A stretch of DNA of 64,000 bases, from the IMG/VR virus record IMGVR_UViG_3300036770_001423, positions 1 through 64,000 of that record; one strand, given 5' to 3'. Of the stretch, positions 1-9,498 are shown piece by piece. Every line of letters starts with the position of its first letter. Position 1 is the stretch's first letter. Source of the stretch: a virus. The notes beneath the pieces are model-generated. The model saw only the letters and a list, made by a program, of their open reading frames with translations. It ran no database searches and was not told the DNA's origin. Made by a program: the position numbers and the translations under genes.

Positions 1-1140
1 TTTGAAACTTATAAGAAACTGACAGATAAAATCTCTACGATTGACATTCACCAAACGATGATTGATGTTTGTATTGACAAAGAGACTCTTGAGTATAGTC
101 GTGTAGCAAGTCGTTTAGAGTTTGCTACCATTCGTAAGAACATGAAATATGTCTTTGGTGTCGATGATCGAGATAGCTTGAAAGATATTCTGCAAGCGTA
201 TGAAGATTTCGGTGTATGGGACAGTGATTACATTCCCCCGTATAATCCAGTCTGGGAAGATTGGTATAACGAGATTAAACAAACACGTTTAGAATACTGG
301 CAGGTAAAGCAGTTCACAGATAAGTATGCTTGTAAGATTAACGATGTAGTGATTGAAACACCTCACTTAGCATACTTCGGCATCTCTGTTGCTTTGTTTG
401 GTGATACACAAAAAGCTTTTGATTTCATGAAAGCTTTAGTGAAAGGTAAGATTAATCTGCCAACACCAGCACTTAACGGTTTACGTAATGGTGATTGGGA
501 CACGATTAGTTGCTGTGTAATTAGTGCTGGGGACTCTACTGAGTCTATTGGTGTAGCTAATCACATCGCTTATCGGATGACAGCGAAGAAAGCAGGTATC
601 GGCATTGAGTACACATTACGCACTAAACACTCTCCAGTGAAAGGTGGTCGTGTAGCCCACTTAGGATTGAGTCCTATTTACAAAGCATTAAATGGTGAAG
701 TGAAGGCGTTGACACAAATCACTCGCGGTGGTAACGCTACAGTGACAGTGCAATGTATCAATCCAGAAGTGATGGATGTGTTCAACTGGAAATCTCAGTT
801 GACTGACTTCGAAACACGTATTGACAAGCTGGATTATTCGTTCGCTTTCAATGACGCATTCTTCAATGCTGTAGTGACTGATACAGATTGGTATATGTTT
901 AGTCTGTCTGATGCGCCAAAACTGTATGATTTGTTCTATACGGCAGATGCGGATACCTACAACAAAGCTGTAGAGAAGTTGCTGAAGGTTGATACGAAGC
1001 ACAAGAAAGTTAAAGCTCGTGAGATGTTAAAAGCTTTCCTTACAATCAGACAAGAGACAGGGCGTTTCTATGCAATCAATGTGAGCAGAGCAAATAAACA
1101 TACTCCGTTCTTAGACACAATTAGACAAAGTAATCTGTGT
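1..1140 (+). CDS. nrdA: Ribonucleotide reductase class Ia alpha subunit, exon 1 (5' truncated by the window edge)
   Basis: Frame is open from base 1; motifs PTP, SCC and terminal SNLC; joins 1439..2356 to give SNLC-MEI. Confidence 0.95.
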
Positions 1141-1438
1141 TAATCTTGGCACAGAGTAAACCCTTTGAAAACGGTGAACATCTCTTTGAGACAATACCGT
1201 GGGAAGATTGGTTGAATGTTCCCTCCGCTTGACGGAGTTCTACTGGATACCAATAACCTGTAACGACTATCGAAACACTGTGAACGTGACAGAATGGAGT
1301 AGAGTAGCTACAAGCGTAGCGAAGCGGAGGGGTAGGTTACGTGAAAGAACCTACATGATATAGTCTGAGCTATATGGCAACATATAGATGCGGGTAAAGC
1401 CGCTGGCAGAGATTAGCGAACTCTGCTGAACACAACTG
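1141..1438 (+). mobile_element. Group I intron in nrdA (298 nt, no ORF)
   Basis: P1 exon TCTGTGT (1134-1140) pairs with GCACAGA (1149-1155) with U.G at the splice site; P7 GACTA 1265-1269 / TAGTC 1361-1365; terminal G1438; removal restores frame and the NLCxE motif. Confidence 0.95.
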
Positions 1439-2356
1439 ATGGAAATACAATTACCAACAAAAGGTTACAAAGGGATGAAAGAGCTTTATTCGTCCAAAGC
1501 TACAGGTGAAACAGCTTTCTGTTCTTTATCTGGAATCAACGTAGCTGCTGTGACGGATGATGAATACGAGCACATAGCCGATTTGACATTGGAAGCTATC
1601 GACATTATGATTGAGAACGCACCAATGATGACAGATTCAATGAAAGCTGATATTATGTCTCGCCGTTCTGTTGGTGTAGGCATGTTGGGATTAGCTGTTG
1701 ACTTATACAACAATAAACTTGACTATGATGGGTCTGTAGAGTCTTTAGAGCGTGTTAGATATTTAGCTGAGCGTCACTACTACTATTTACTGAAAGCCTC
1801 TCAAAAGCTCTCTGAGGCTTCAGGATTCGCTGTGGAAGGTATTGATGTGAACTGGCTACCTATTGACACAGCAATGAAGAAAGACTGTAAGTTCGATTGG
1901 GAAGCATTGCGAGGTAAACCACGGAAACATTCGGTACTTGTGGCTCACATGCCTACCGAGAGCAGCAGTCTTTTAAGTGGTGTACCTAACTCCGTGTACA
2001 GTCCTAGAGAGAAGATTGTGTATAAGAAGTGTCGTAAAGGTGTGGTTCAGTTTATCTGCAAAGAGTTTGTTGAAGGTAAACATTTAACTGCGTGGGATAT
2101 TGACAATAATGTGATGTCGAAGTATTATTCTGAAATACAAGATTTCACTGACCAAGCCACAAGCTGTGATGTGTTCCGCGCCCCTGAGAACTATCCTGAT
2201 GGTAAGGTGCCTATGTCTGTTCTGATGAAGGAGTTTGTTACTCACTTCAAGTTAGGTAACAAGACTTGGTATTACGTCAACACTAAACCTAAACGAGCTA
2301 CTACGTTACACAACACGGTAGAAGCTGAAGATGGTTGCGAATCTTGTAAGTTGTAA
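1439..2356 (+). CDS. nrdA: Ribonucleotide reductase alpha subunit, exon 2
   Basis: MEI..AFCSL, MPTESSS, WYY tyrosine pair, C-terminal CESC redox cysteines. Confidence 0.95.
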   Translation: MEIQLPTKGYKGMKELYSSKATGETAFCSLSGINVAAVTDDEYEHIADLTLEAIDIMIENAPMMTDSMKADIMSRRSVGVGMLGLAVDLYNNKLDYDGSVESLERVRYLAERHYYYLLKASQKLSEASGFAVEGIDVNWLPIDTAMKKDCKFDWEALRGKPRKHSVLVAHMPTESSSLLSGVPNSVYSPREKIVYKKCRKGVVQFICKEFVEGKHLTAWDIDNNVMSKYYSEIQDFTDQATSCDVFRAPENYPDGKVPMSVLMKEFVTHFKLGNKTWYYVNTKPKRATTLHNTVEAEDGCESCKL

Positions 2357-2360
2357 TTTT

Positions 2361-2384
2361 AAGGGAGCATTATGCTCCCTTTTT
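2361..2384 (+). terminator. Hairpin/terminator between nrdA and nrdB
   Basis: AAGGGAGCA-TTA-TGCTCCCTT followed by T run. Confidence 0.6.
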
Positions 2385-2400
2385 CATTTCTGGAGGAAAT

Positions 2401-3477
2401 ATGTTAGAAGTATTCAACGTAAATAATAAAGGTTATGTCACAGGTAAATACCCGTTGTTCTTAGGCGAGAAGTTAGGCTTGTATGATTCAGTGAACGTAG
2501 CTTATCCCGACATCGAAGAACTATATCAGCAGCAGTTTGGTCAGCGCTGGAGTGAGTTTGAATACGATCTCACTCAAGATAAAATGGATATGCTCACTCT
2601 ACCTAAAGAAACCACTGACTTAATGGTTGAGACAATCATGTGGCAATATACGGCAGATAGTATTGCAGCTAAGTCTTTGGCTGAATTGCTGTTACCTTAT
2701 GTCACAAATAGTGAGCTTGAAGCTATGGTGACTATCCAAAGTTTCTTTGAGATTATTCACAGTAGAACATACGCTCACATCGTTAAGCAGACAATCCCTA
2801 ACGCTAAGGATTTGTTGGAGAAGACCTACAGCAATGTAGAAGTGATTAAGCGCTCTAAAGTGATTGGAGAAGCTTTTGGTGCCTTGTATCGCTTAAAAGA
2901 GGACAGTCCGCGTAAAGAGAAGATTCGTGCATTGCTTAGAGTGATGTTTGCTTTGATGGCTTTTGAGGGTGTAAGCTTCATGTCATCGTTTGCTGTGACA
3001 TTCGCTATTGCGGAGACAGGGGTGTTTCAGGGTATTGCTGGTTTGGTTGGATTGATATGTTTTGACGAACTACTCCATGCTAAGATGGATTATACTGTGC
3101 TGAAGAATTTGTTGAAAGACCCTGAATGGTATGCAGAGTTCTTAGCTATTAAACCTGAGATTAGCGCAATCATCAACGCTGTAGTTGAGCAGGAACATAA
3201 ATGGACAGAACACCTATTCAACGAAGGTCGTAGAGTGGTTGGTTTAAGTCCTGTATTACTTCGTGAGTTTGTAATGTATATGGCAACTCCGTTGTATAAG
3301 AGCTTTGATCTCGTAGCGGAACATCCGTTTATTGAGAAGAACCCATTACCATACATGAACAAGTATTTAAAGTCTGGTGTGATTCAAGTGGCTGCTCAAG
3401 AAGTACAGTTAAGTGATTACAATGTGGGTAACATTGTTGACGATACAGATAACCTAGATTTGAGTTTTGATGTCTGA
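2401..3477 (+). CDS. nrdB: Ribonucleotide reductase class Ia beta subunit
   Basis: Di-iron motifs EIIHSRTY, FEGVSF, DELLH; follows nrdA; SD GGAGG. Confidence 0.95.
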   Translation: MLEVFNVNNKGYVTGKYPLFLGEKLGLYDSVNVAYPDIEELYQQQFGQRWSEFEYDLTQDKMDMLTLPKETTDLMVETIMWQYTADSIAAKSLAELLLPYVTNSELEAMVTIQSFFEIIHSRTYAHIVKQTIPNAKDLLEKTYSNVEVIKRSKVIGEAFGALYRLKEDSPRKEKIRALLRVMFALMAFEGVSFMSSFAVTFAIAETGVFQGIAGLVGLICFDELLHAKMDYTVLKNLLKDPEWYAEFLAIKPEISAIINAVVEQEHKWTEHLFNEGRRVVGLSPVLLREFVMYMATPLYKSFDLVAEHPFIEKNPLPYMNKYLKSGVIQVAAQEVQLSDYNVGNIVDDTDNLDLSFDV

Positions 3478-3495
3478 TAGAATTATCAGAACCTA

Positions 3496-3518
3496 GCCCC
3501 GCTCATGCGGGGCTTTTT
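3496..3518 (+). terminator. Intrinsic terminator
   Basis: GCCCCGC-TCAT-GCGGGGC then T run. Confidence 0.85.
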
Positions 3519-3596
3519 ATTGCCTAAAATAAATGTTGACATTAGATGCGCTTGTGTGTGTATTCTTATCTCAACAAACAAATGAAGGAGAAAATT

Positions 3597-3947
3597 ATGA
3601 CTGATTTTACCATGTTAGATGTTATTAAACAGATTTTAGTTGAAGGTGGTGATGTATCTGTAGTTTTAGTGGAAGACGAATTATATTTTAATATGAATTC
3701 TGGAACTAAAGCTCATTTATACGTGTCCATTAATATTGTTGACAATACGATAAGATATACCACACGATACGATAATGGACACATGTACAACATACACTCG
3801 ATTGCTGACGCAATCGAAGAAATAACTTATGTGATTCGTTTCGAGTGTATGTGCGGTAGAGATTTTGTGAGTGATTACTGGATAAAGAAATTTATTGAAT
3901 ACGGTTATGCTGAAGAAGTCAAACGTACAGAGATTGTTTTCAAATAG
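3597..3947 (+). CDS. Hypothetical protein
   Basis: ORF; start chosen after SD AAGGAG. Confidence 0.75.
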   Translation: MTDFTMLDVIKQILVEGGDVSVVLVEDELYFNMNSGTKAHLYVSINIVDNTIRYTTRYDNGHMYNIHSIADAIEEITYVIRFECMCGRDFVSDYWIKKFIEYGYAEEVKRTEIVFK

Positions 3948-3956
3948 GAGAATACC

Positions 3957-4172
3957 ATGACTAAACAACAAATCTTAGCACAAGCTTGGGACTTATACCA
4001 CGAACATAGCCAGCTTATTACATTAGGTGCTTGTATTCGCACTGTATGCAGTCAGATGGCTACAAAAGAACATAAATGTTTAAGCACTCTTGACGGTAAT
4101 CCAGCTTTGTGTTATTTTAATGAACATTACGACGATAAGTTTGAGCAGCAATATTTATTGGAGGGAATTTAA
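3957..4172 (+). CDS. Hypothetical protein
   Basis: ORF with SD AGGAG. Confidence 0.7.
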   Translation: MTKQQILAQAWDLYHEHSQLITLGACIRTVCSQMATKEHKCLSTLDGNPALCYFNEHYDDKFEQQYLLEGI

Positions 4173-4173
4173 T

Positions 4174-4362
4174 ATGTTCATCCCTATTGTAATCTTGGCT
4201 CTAATGCTATACACTGTTCCATCTGAAGCAGCACAGAAAGATGTTACTGTGAAAGGTAAACCAGTTAAGACAGTTGTGATGAAGGATAGAGCTGGAAGGA
4301 AGAAAGTATGTCAGATTGTTATTGACAAGAAGACTAAACAGAAAGTGACGGTTTGTAAATAA
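4174..4362 (+). CDS. Small protein with N-terminal signal peptide
   Basis: MFIPIVILALMLYTVPSEA hydrophobic leader, basic C-terminus with two Cys; SD GGAGG. Confidence 0.65.
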   Translation: MFIPIVILALMLYTVPSEAAQKDVTVKGKPVKTVVMKDRAGRKKVCQIVIDKKTKQKVTVCK

Positions 4363-4379
4363 ATTAGAGGAGAGAATAA

Positions 4380-4829
4380 ATGAGAAAAGAGACATTATTT
4401 GAAACAAAGTTCTTTACTGAAAATACTGACCCAAGTGTTATTGGTTTCATTCGGAGTAAAGGCTGGAAAATTACTTCTGAGTATAATGACCAACCAGAGT
4501 ACAGTGACCCTTATATTGTTTATACTCCGAGCATGGATCATTTTTGGACATCCGATTACCCTAAAACAGAAATTGTTGATTGTTTAGGTATTGCTGATGA
4601 ACTAACCATTACTGAGTTTAAACAACGTATTGGTTTTGTTCCTAAAAAGGAAGTTTCTGTACGTAATAAGCTTGATGAACTAATCAAAACTGATGGTAAA
4701 GCAGTGATTGATTATTTAAAAGAGCTTCTTGTACGAGAAGACAATATTCTTAAAGAATTAAGATTTGCTGAAGCCAAGAAAGAACGTCTTGAGAAACATA
4801 TTGAAGTTCTGAAATCTAAGTTACAATAA
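4380..4829 (+). CDS. Hypothetical protein with C-terminal coiled coil
   Basis: ORF with SD GAGGAG. Confidence 0.75.
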   Translation: MRKETLFETKFFTENTDPSVIGFIRSKGWKITSEYNDQPEYSDPYIVYTPSMDHFWTSDYPKTEIVDCLGIADELTITEFKQRIGFVPKKEVSVRNKLDELIKTDGKAVIDYLKELLVREDNILKELRFAEAKKERLEKHIEVLKSKLQ

Positions 4830-4836
4830 CACAAAT

Positions 4837-4868
4837 GAAAAAGCCCGCTTATAGCGGGCTTTGTTTTA
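4837..4868. terminator. Bidirectional terminator between convergent blocks
   Basis: AAAAAGCCCGC-TTATA-GCGGGCTTTGTTTT. Confidence 0.85.
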
Positions 4869-5096
4869 ACGATAAATTGTGCGTAAGAACCCATGTCTGT
4901 AATACTGAACTTGGTCAATGTCTTTCGACATCAAGTATTCAGTAAGTTCTCTCCAGCACTTAATTGTGAATGTACCAGAGAGACCTTGAATGAATGCTGT
5001 TCTTCCGAAATATGAGATTGTTACTGCTGAGACAAAGAAATGCTCGTCACGGCGTTCCTGTGTTCTATAAATCTCTACGATAGATTCTGCTGACAT
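4866..5096 (-). CDS. Hypothetical protein
   Basis: ORF; start after SD CAGGAG. Confidence 0.65.
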   Translation of the reverse strand: MSAESIVEIYRTQERRDEHFFVSAVTISYFGRTAFIQGLSGTFTIKCWRELTEYLMSKDIDQVQYYRHGFLRTIYR

Positions 5097-5113
5097 AACA
5101 ATCTCCTGTTGGG

Positions 5114-5425
5114 TTAGCAACCGTCTTCAGATAGTCTGAAAGCTATTTCTTCATCCAGAGTTCTACCACCTTCGGTGGTGTATTGAATCCTTAGCTTACT
5201 AACATTGCCAGAAATACCACCACTTACCCACAACACAATAGTACGTTTAGCAGGGTACTCATTACCTTGTGTATCTGTTGTGGGTTGGTCTGGAACAATA
5301 CAACTGTCCACTATGATACTGGCGGAAGGGTCGAGGAAATACTGTACACTCGTGATGTCTTCTTCAACATCACGAACAAACAGATAGTCCAATCTTTCGT
5401 GAATATCCTTGTTGATGTACAGCAT
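5114..5425 (-). CDS. Putative virion fibre/appendage adaptor protein
   Basis: KDxxExLDY..WVSGG..TTxGGRT pattern seen in small Ig-like virion proteins; position in late block. Confidence 0.55.
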   Translation of the reverse strand: MLYINKDIHERLDYLFVRDVEEDITSVQYFLDPSASIIVDSCIVPDQPTTDTQGNEYPAKRTIVLWVSGGISGNVSKLRIQYTTEGGRTLDEEIAFRLSEDGC

Positions 5426-5436
5426 GACACCACCTA

Positions 5437-5880
5437 TTATAGATCAAACAAACCGTCTGGAGTATTAACACGAAATACCGAGTTAGTAGAACTAGCTGAT
5501 AAGCCAGCACCTACGTTAAGGTCAACATAACCGATTAGTTGATCTGTTCCAGTCAATGAACCGCCTGCACGTTTAACTAAATACATATATTTAGCAGTAA
5601 GTGTTACCGGGTCACCGAAGCTGATATTATCGCAATCCCATAAGATTTTGTCAGCAGTACGAACAGAAGTTTTATTGGTCACAACAGCCGGAGCGTAGTC
5701 AGCATCAGCAATTACGTTAGCAGAAATATCAGCATAGGTTGAATGCGTCAGGGCGGGTGTGTGAGCTGCCGCTACCAATACACCAACAATTGTATCAGAA
5801 GCCCAGTTGATTTGGTTAGCATTATCAGTCGTTAATGCTTCTTTGCCTGTGTTTAAAAGAGTAAATGCGCCTACAGCCAT
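5437..5880 (-). CDS. Putative virion structural protein
   Basis: beta-rich small-residue composition, LIGYVDL near C-terminus; co-transcribed with the 779 aa protein. Confidence 0.55.
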   Translation of the reverse strand: MAVGAFTLLNTGKEALTTDNANQINWASDTIVGVLVAAAHTPALTHSTYADISANVIADADYAPAVVTNKTSVRTADKILWDCDNISFGDPVTLTAKYMYLVKRAGGSLTGTDQLIGYVDLNVGAGLSASSTNSVFRVNTPDGLFDL

Positions 5881-5892
5881 TTCTTGTTTCCT

Positions 5893-8232
5893 TTATTTAA
5901 TGAAAAATGTTTTAACTTTATTACCGTCTATGAAGTAGACGCGAGATATATCGACAGGGTAAAACACGGATTGTGCCATGCCCAACGTTTTATAACCAAA
6001 CGTATAAGTGGTCAAACCCATATTTAATGAGCTACCTGTGCTTATAGATAAGGTTTTACCGGAAGTGATAATATTTCGTTTTATTAATGTACCATCAAAC
6101 GGTGTTGCTGTCCCAGAGTCTAAAGTCAACAACTTACTTACCACATTGACAGAGTATTTGATTACGTCAGCGTCAAAACCTACTGCCGTACCAGTAGATA
6201 AGGTTAACTGTTTACCAGATAAATTGACAGATAGTTTTGAAGCACCAATATCAAACCCTCCAGAGAAACTAGAAGATTTACCTGCAACAGAAATTGATCC
6301 TCTGTTTAAACCAGAATCAAAAGATACTGAAGTTCCTGAGTCAAGTGTCAGCGTCTTACCTGATGACATTACGCCAGTTTTAACTATCGGACTATCCCAA
6401 CCAACACTAAGGTTTAAAGTTTTCTGAGACACACTTAGGTTTGATTTAGTCAGTGGACTGTCAAATGGAGAGCTGTAGAAGCTCGACACCATGCCGTTGT
6501 AAACAGCTGTCGCAGCCAATTGAGCTTCTGTGTCAGTTTCATAGTGTATCTTCTGATACAGTGGCCAAATCTGTGGAACTACATCAGACGCATTTGCATT
6601 AGATGCCGCTATATCATTAATCCACTGACGCACGTTTGCGTAATCTGTCAGGTTTAATCCCGATATAGCCACCAACATGCTATTCTTGCCGGTTAGCGTT
6701 TTTAGCTGGTCAATAACGGCGTTATAGCGTGTTTTAAAATCTGTTTCGCTTGTCGCTGCACCAGCGTCGCTTTCACCAATCCAGCTACAAACACCTTCCA
6801 GTCCGTCAGATGCTGCCGCAGTGATGTAGTTCAGCATTCGAGTATTAAGTGTTTGCCCGCTTTGCCACTGTGAAAGCGTGGTGCTACCTGCCGCAACACC
6901 GATAAACGCCACAGGGCATCCCAGATACGCTGTAAGGCTGTTTGCCAGCAGCGGGAATAAAGAGCCGCTTGCGGTGTCTGTATCGAATGGATCTGCGCCC
7001 TGCTGCCACAGGTTGTTTGTCACTGTGTATTTGTGGAAAAATCCAGCAGTGCCGGTGTACGCCTGCGGATTATTGGCGCGGCCCGAAAAGTTGGATTGCC
7101 CCCAAAATAAGAATTTAGCACCGATAGCGATATTGTCCGCGCTGTCTGTCACTGATGTAGCGTTGGAATAACGCACTTCTAGGGTGCCGTTACCAGATGG
7201 CAGCCCGGTTAGTGTGCCGCTAAATGTTCCGCCAGAGGGAGATGCGGTTATCGTGGTCCACGCGCCGCCGTTCCATCTTGCTTCGATGCCAGTCGGGACT
7301 GTGCCACCTGAGTACGTGCCGGTAATTGCAATGCTGCCGGTGTTAGTACCTGCGTTACGCTGGAACATCTGCCAGTCGTAGGGCGATGTAATAGCAATAA
7401 TGTCAGCAACAGAAAGATTTAAACCACGATCAGCGCCGCCAGCTGCGGAGTTATCCAGCACACCCCCAGCGGCTGCCGTGTAGACTTGGCCGGCGTAGTT
7501 GGTAAACGCTGCTGTCGTTACACCAGTTAAAGCATTTGCACCTGTGGCGGATGTATCACCAGACGATAAGTAACTAACCGTCGAAGTGGTTGAAGCACCA
7601 AAGAAGTTTATTAAACCATTACCATAACAGACCACGTTATCAATAACCGCGCCGGAGATGTCTTTGCGCATGCCGCCACGGCTGGCCGTGTTTGTGGTGT
7701 TGTTTCCGACTACAACGCACTTGCGAACAGTGATACCAGCAAAGCCGTTGTTAATGCCCCATGTTGTTGCGCCTGTTACCACACAGTTTTCGACTAAAGT
7801 AGTTGCCGTGGCTCTGCCGTGGCTAATACCTGTCGTGCCACCACGGACCAAGCAGCGCATTACTGTGGTGTTTGTGTCCTCGAATGCACCTACCCTTAAA
7901 CAGACGCTGGCAGCGGTTGTGACTAACTCCAAATCTTCAAGCGTCATAGGCGCAACAGGACGCCAATACAGTGCGCTTGTGGTTGTGCTGGCTATTTTGG
8001 CGTGTGGCGCTGTCGGGTTGGTTAAATCAAGTTTAACAGCTGTTGCGGCTCGAACCTTTACAGAGCCATCAAAGGTTCCGGTCACTTCGCCCCAAGCGTA
8101 ATCTGCTGCATCTATAAGCTCAGCAATATACACATCACCAGCACCGGCAAAGGTATTACGAGCAGACCACCAAGCGGCAAGCGTTGTAAAATCCGCACCG
8201 GATGCGCCTATCGTCTTGACTACATCAGCCAT
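5893..8232 (-). CDS. Multidomain virion protein: beta-helix, Ig-like linker, SGNH/sialate O-acetylesterase-like domain, C-terminal repeats
   Basis: GQSN block I, WIGESDA block III and IHY; right-handed beta-helix-like repeats at N-terminus; FD..K.L.L..G repeats at C-terminus. Confidence 0.75.
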   Translation of the reverse strand: MADVVKTIGASGADFTTLAAWWSARNTFAGAGDVYIAELIDAADYAWGEVTGTFDGSVKVRAATAVKLDLTNPTAPHAKIASTTTSALYWRPVAPMTLEDLELVTTAASVCLRVGAFEDTNTTVMRCLVRGGTTGISHGRATATTLVENCVVTGATTWGINNGFAGITVRKCVVVGNNTTNTASRGGMRKDISGAVIDNVVCYGNGLINFFGASTTSTVSYLSSGDTSATGANALTGVTTAAFTNYAGQVYTAAAGGVLDNSAAGGADRGLNLSVADIIAITSPYDWQMFQRNAGTNTGSIAITGTYSGGTVPTGIEARWNGGAWTTITASPSGGTFSGTLTGLPSGNGTLEVRYSNATSVTDSADNIAIGAKFLFWGQSNFSGRANNPQAYTGTAGFFHKYTVTNNLWQQGADPFDTDTASGSLFPLLANSLTAYLGCPVAFIGVAAGSTTLSQWQSGQTLNTRMLNYITAAASDGLEGVCSWIGESDAGAATSETDFKTRYNAVIDQLKTLTGKNSMLVAISGLNLTDYANVRQWINDIAASNANASDVVPQIWPLYQKIHYETDTEAQLAATAVYNGMVSSFYSSPFDSPLTKSNLSVSQKTLNLSVGWDSPIVKTGVMSSGKTLTLDSGTSVSFDSGLNRGSISVAGKSSSFSGGFDIGASKLSVNLSGKQLTLSTGTAVGFDADVIKYSVNVVSKLLTLDSGTATPFDGTLIKRNIITSGKTLSISTGSSLNMGLTTYTFGYKTLGMAQSVFYPVDISRVYFIDGNKVKTFFIK

Positions 8233-8447
8233 TATTTATCCTCAATAGAATCTGTTGTTATCATCCTTAACCAAGCTCCAATCGTAGCAATAACAACAAA
8301 TACAATTCCATAATGCTCTCCAAGAACATCATAAAATAAATGTAAGTTGTATTCCAAGATACCAATGAACGCCAAGAGCATGTTGAATAAAATCGTCTTA
8401 CTCTTTTTAAGCTTAGTAAGGAAGCTTTTAGTAAATATTTTTCCCAT
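8232..8447 (-). CDS. Putative holin (two TM segments)
   Basis: 71 aa, two hydrophobic stretches, downstream of endolysin. Confidence 0.55.
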   Translation of the reverse strand: MGKIFTKSFLTKLKKSKTILFNMLLAFIGILEYNLHLFYDVLGEHYGIVFVVIATIGAWLRMITTDSIEDK

Positions 8448-8474
8448 AGGAAGGTTCCTATTTCAAATAGCGAG

Positions 8475-8575
8475 TATAACGCTCTAGGAAGCGCTACAAT
8501 GAATTATCTTGTAGAGGGAATATGAATGTATAGGTAGGTTATTAATATGACTTAGAATGCGTTATAGAGCGTTTA
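8475..8575. repeat. Dispersed ~95 bp intergenic element with phased TA steps (copy A)
   Basis: TA at 8475/8485/8495/8505 and 8543/8553/8563/8574; terminal inverted repeat AACGCTCTA/TAGAGCGTT; shares a 13-mer with 45852-45864. Confidence 0.7.
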
Positions 8576-9043
8576 CGGAATCTCTCCGTTAGTGAGATAA
8601 TAGCGAATCACATCACCGCGTTCCATTTGTTCAGCATGACGCTTAGCACGATTAGGAGTTTGCTTAGCCCATTTACTATTGAGCATTTCTTTAGCCGCCA
8701 AGCTAAAGTCACCATTGCTTAGAGCCATCCACATCTTTTGAAATTGAGATACACCGGTAAGGCCAAGTTGATATGCTAATGATACAAGGATTGCTTGTCT
8801 AGCCTGATTGCATTTGTTCCATGCTTGAGGGAATCTGCTCATTAGAGCGTATGATAATTCTCGTACTTTTTCTCTAACAAATACAATCTCTTTTTCTTTT
8901 GTAGTAATTTCGTTTGTTAAAGGATCACCTTTCCTACCAACTGTTCTACCGTAACCGATGGTAGGAACACCTTCAGTACACATATAAACACGTTGACGAA
9001 AACCTTCTTCTATAGTGATTACGTTCTCTGCTGTCTTCGACAT
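8573..9043 (-). CDS. Endolysin, T4-lysozyme-like (GH24)
   Basis: EEGFRQRVYMCTEGVPTIGYG catalytic region; SKWAKQTPNRAKR C-terminal motif. Confidence 0.9.
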   Translation of the reverse strand: MSKTAENVITIEEGFRQRVYMCTEGVPTIGYGRTVGRKGDPLTNEITTKEKEIVFVREKVRELSYALMSRFPQAWNKCNQARQAILVSLAYQLGLTGVSQFQKMWMALSNGDFSLAAKEMLNSKWAKQTPNRAKRHAEQMERGDVIRYYLTNGEIP

Positions 9044-9411
9044 GGTAATTTCCACTCACTCTTATATGTGAGAGCAAGCAGGTATAGCTGCATCATCACG
9101 ATTTGTATTGTATAAACATAAGGCGTAAGGACCGTTTGGTATGGAGAGGAAGCTTCAAAAGCCACCATACAAACATATAACAAGCAAATAATTGCGGCCC
9201 AGTTGAAATCTTTACGCTTGAAAGTAAGACACACCAGAGCAAGAATTAAATCCCTGATGATATGTCTTACATACACGTAGTCACTACCTGCTAACCAGAA
9301 CAAGTAATCGGAGAAAAACGCACATGCTGACACGAATATAACAATTTTAACCTCATCATCTTTAGTGAGTAAGATTATCAGTATCATCATAATTAGTGTC
9401 AGCAATGTCAT
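9019..9411 (-). CDS. Multi-pass membrane protein in lysis cluster
   Basis: About four hydrophobic segments; SD AGGAG. Confidence 0.7.
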   Translation of the reverse strand: MTLLTLIMMILIILLTKDDEVKIVIFVSACAFFSDYLFWLAGSDYVYVRHIIRDLILALVCLTFKRKDFNWAAIICLLYVCMVAFEASSPYQTVLTPYVYTIQIVMMQLYLLALTYKSEWKLPCRRQQRT

Positions 9412-9498
9412 TTAGTTCTCCTGATCTTCTGGTGGCGGAGGCGGCTTCTTAGGAAGTTCTTCTTCACTTGGCATAAAACAATATTTATCTTTAAGCAT
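9412..9498 (-). CDS. Small polyproline peptide MLKDKYCFMPSEEELPKKPPPPPEDQEN
   Basis: Below ORF-track cutoff; SD AAGGAAG; its TAA abuts the next ATG; alternative start at 9474. Confidence 0.5.
   Translation of the reverse strand: MLKDKYCFMPSEEELPKKPPPPPEDQEN

Noticed and set aside
1141-1438. nrdA, terL and tape measure as pseudogenes, sequencing errors or intein-containing genes
   Set aside because: Each gap has group I hallmarks and in-frame stops (so not an intein), and precise removal restores conserved motifs.
6008-8101. Long + strand ORFs antisense to structural genes (6008..6427, 7658..8101 and similar elsewhere)
   Set aside because: Shadow frames of codon-biased minus-strand genes, with no SD or recognisable motifs.
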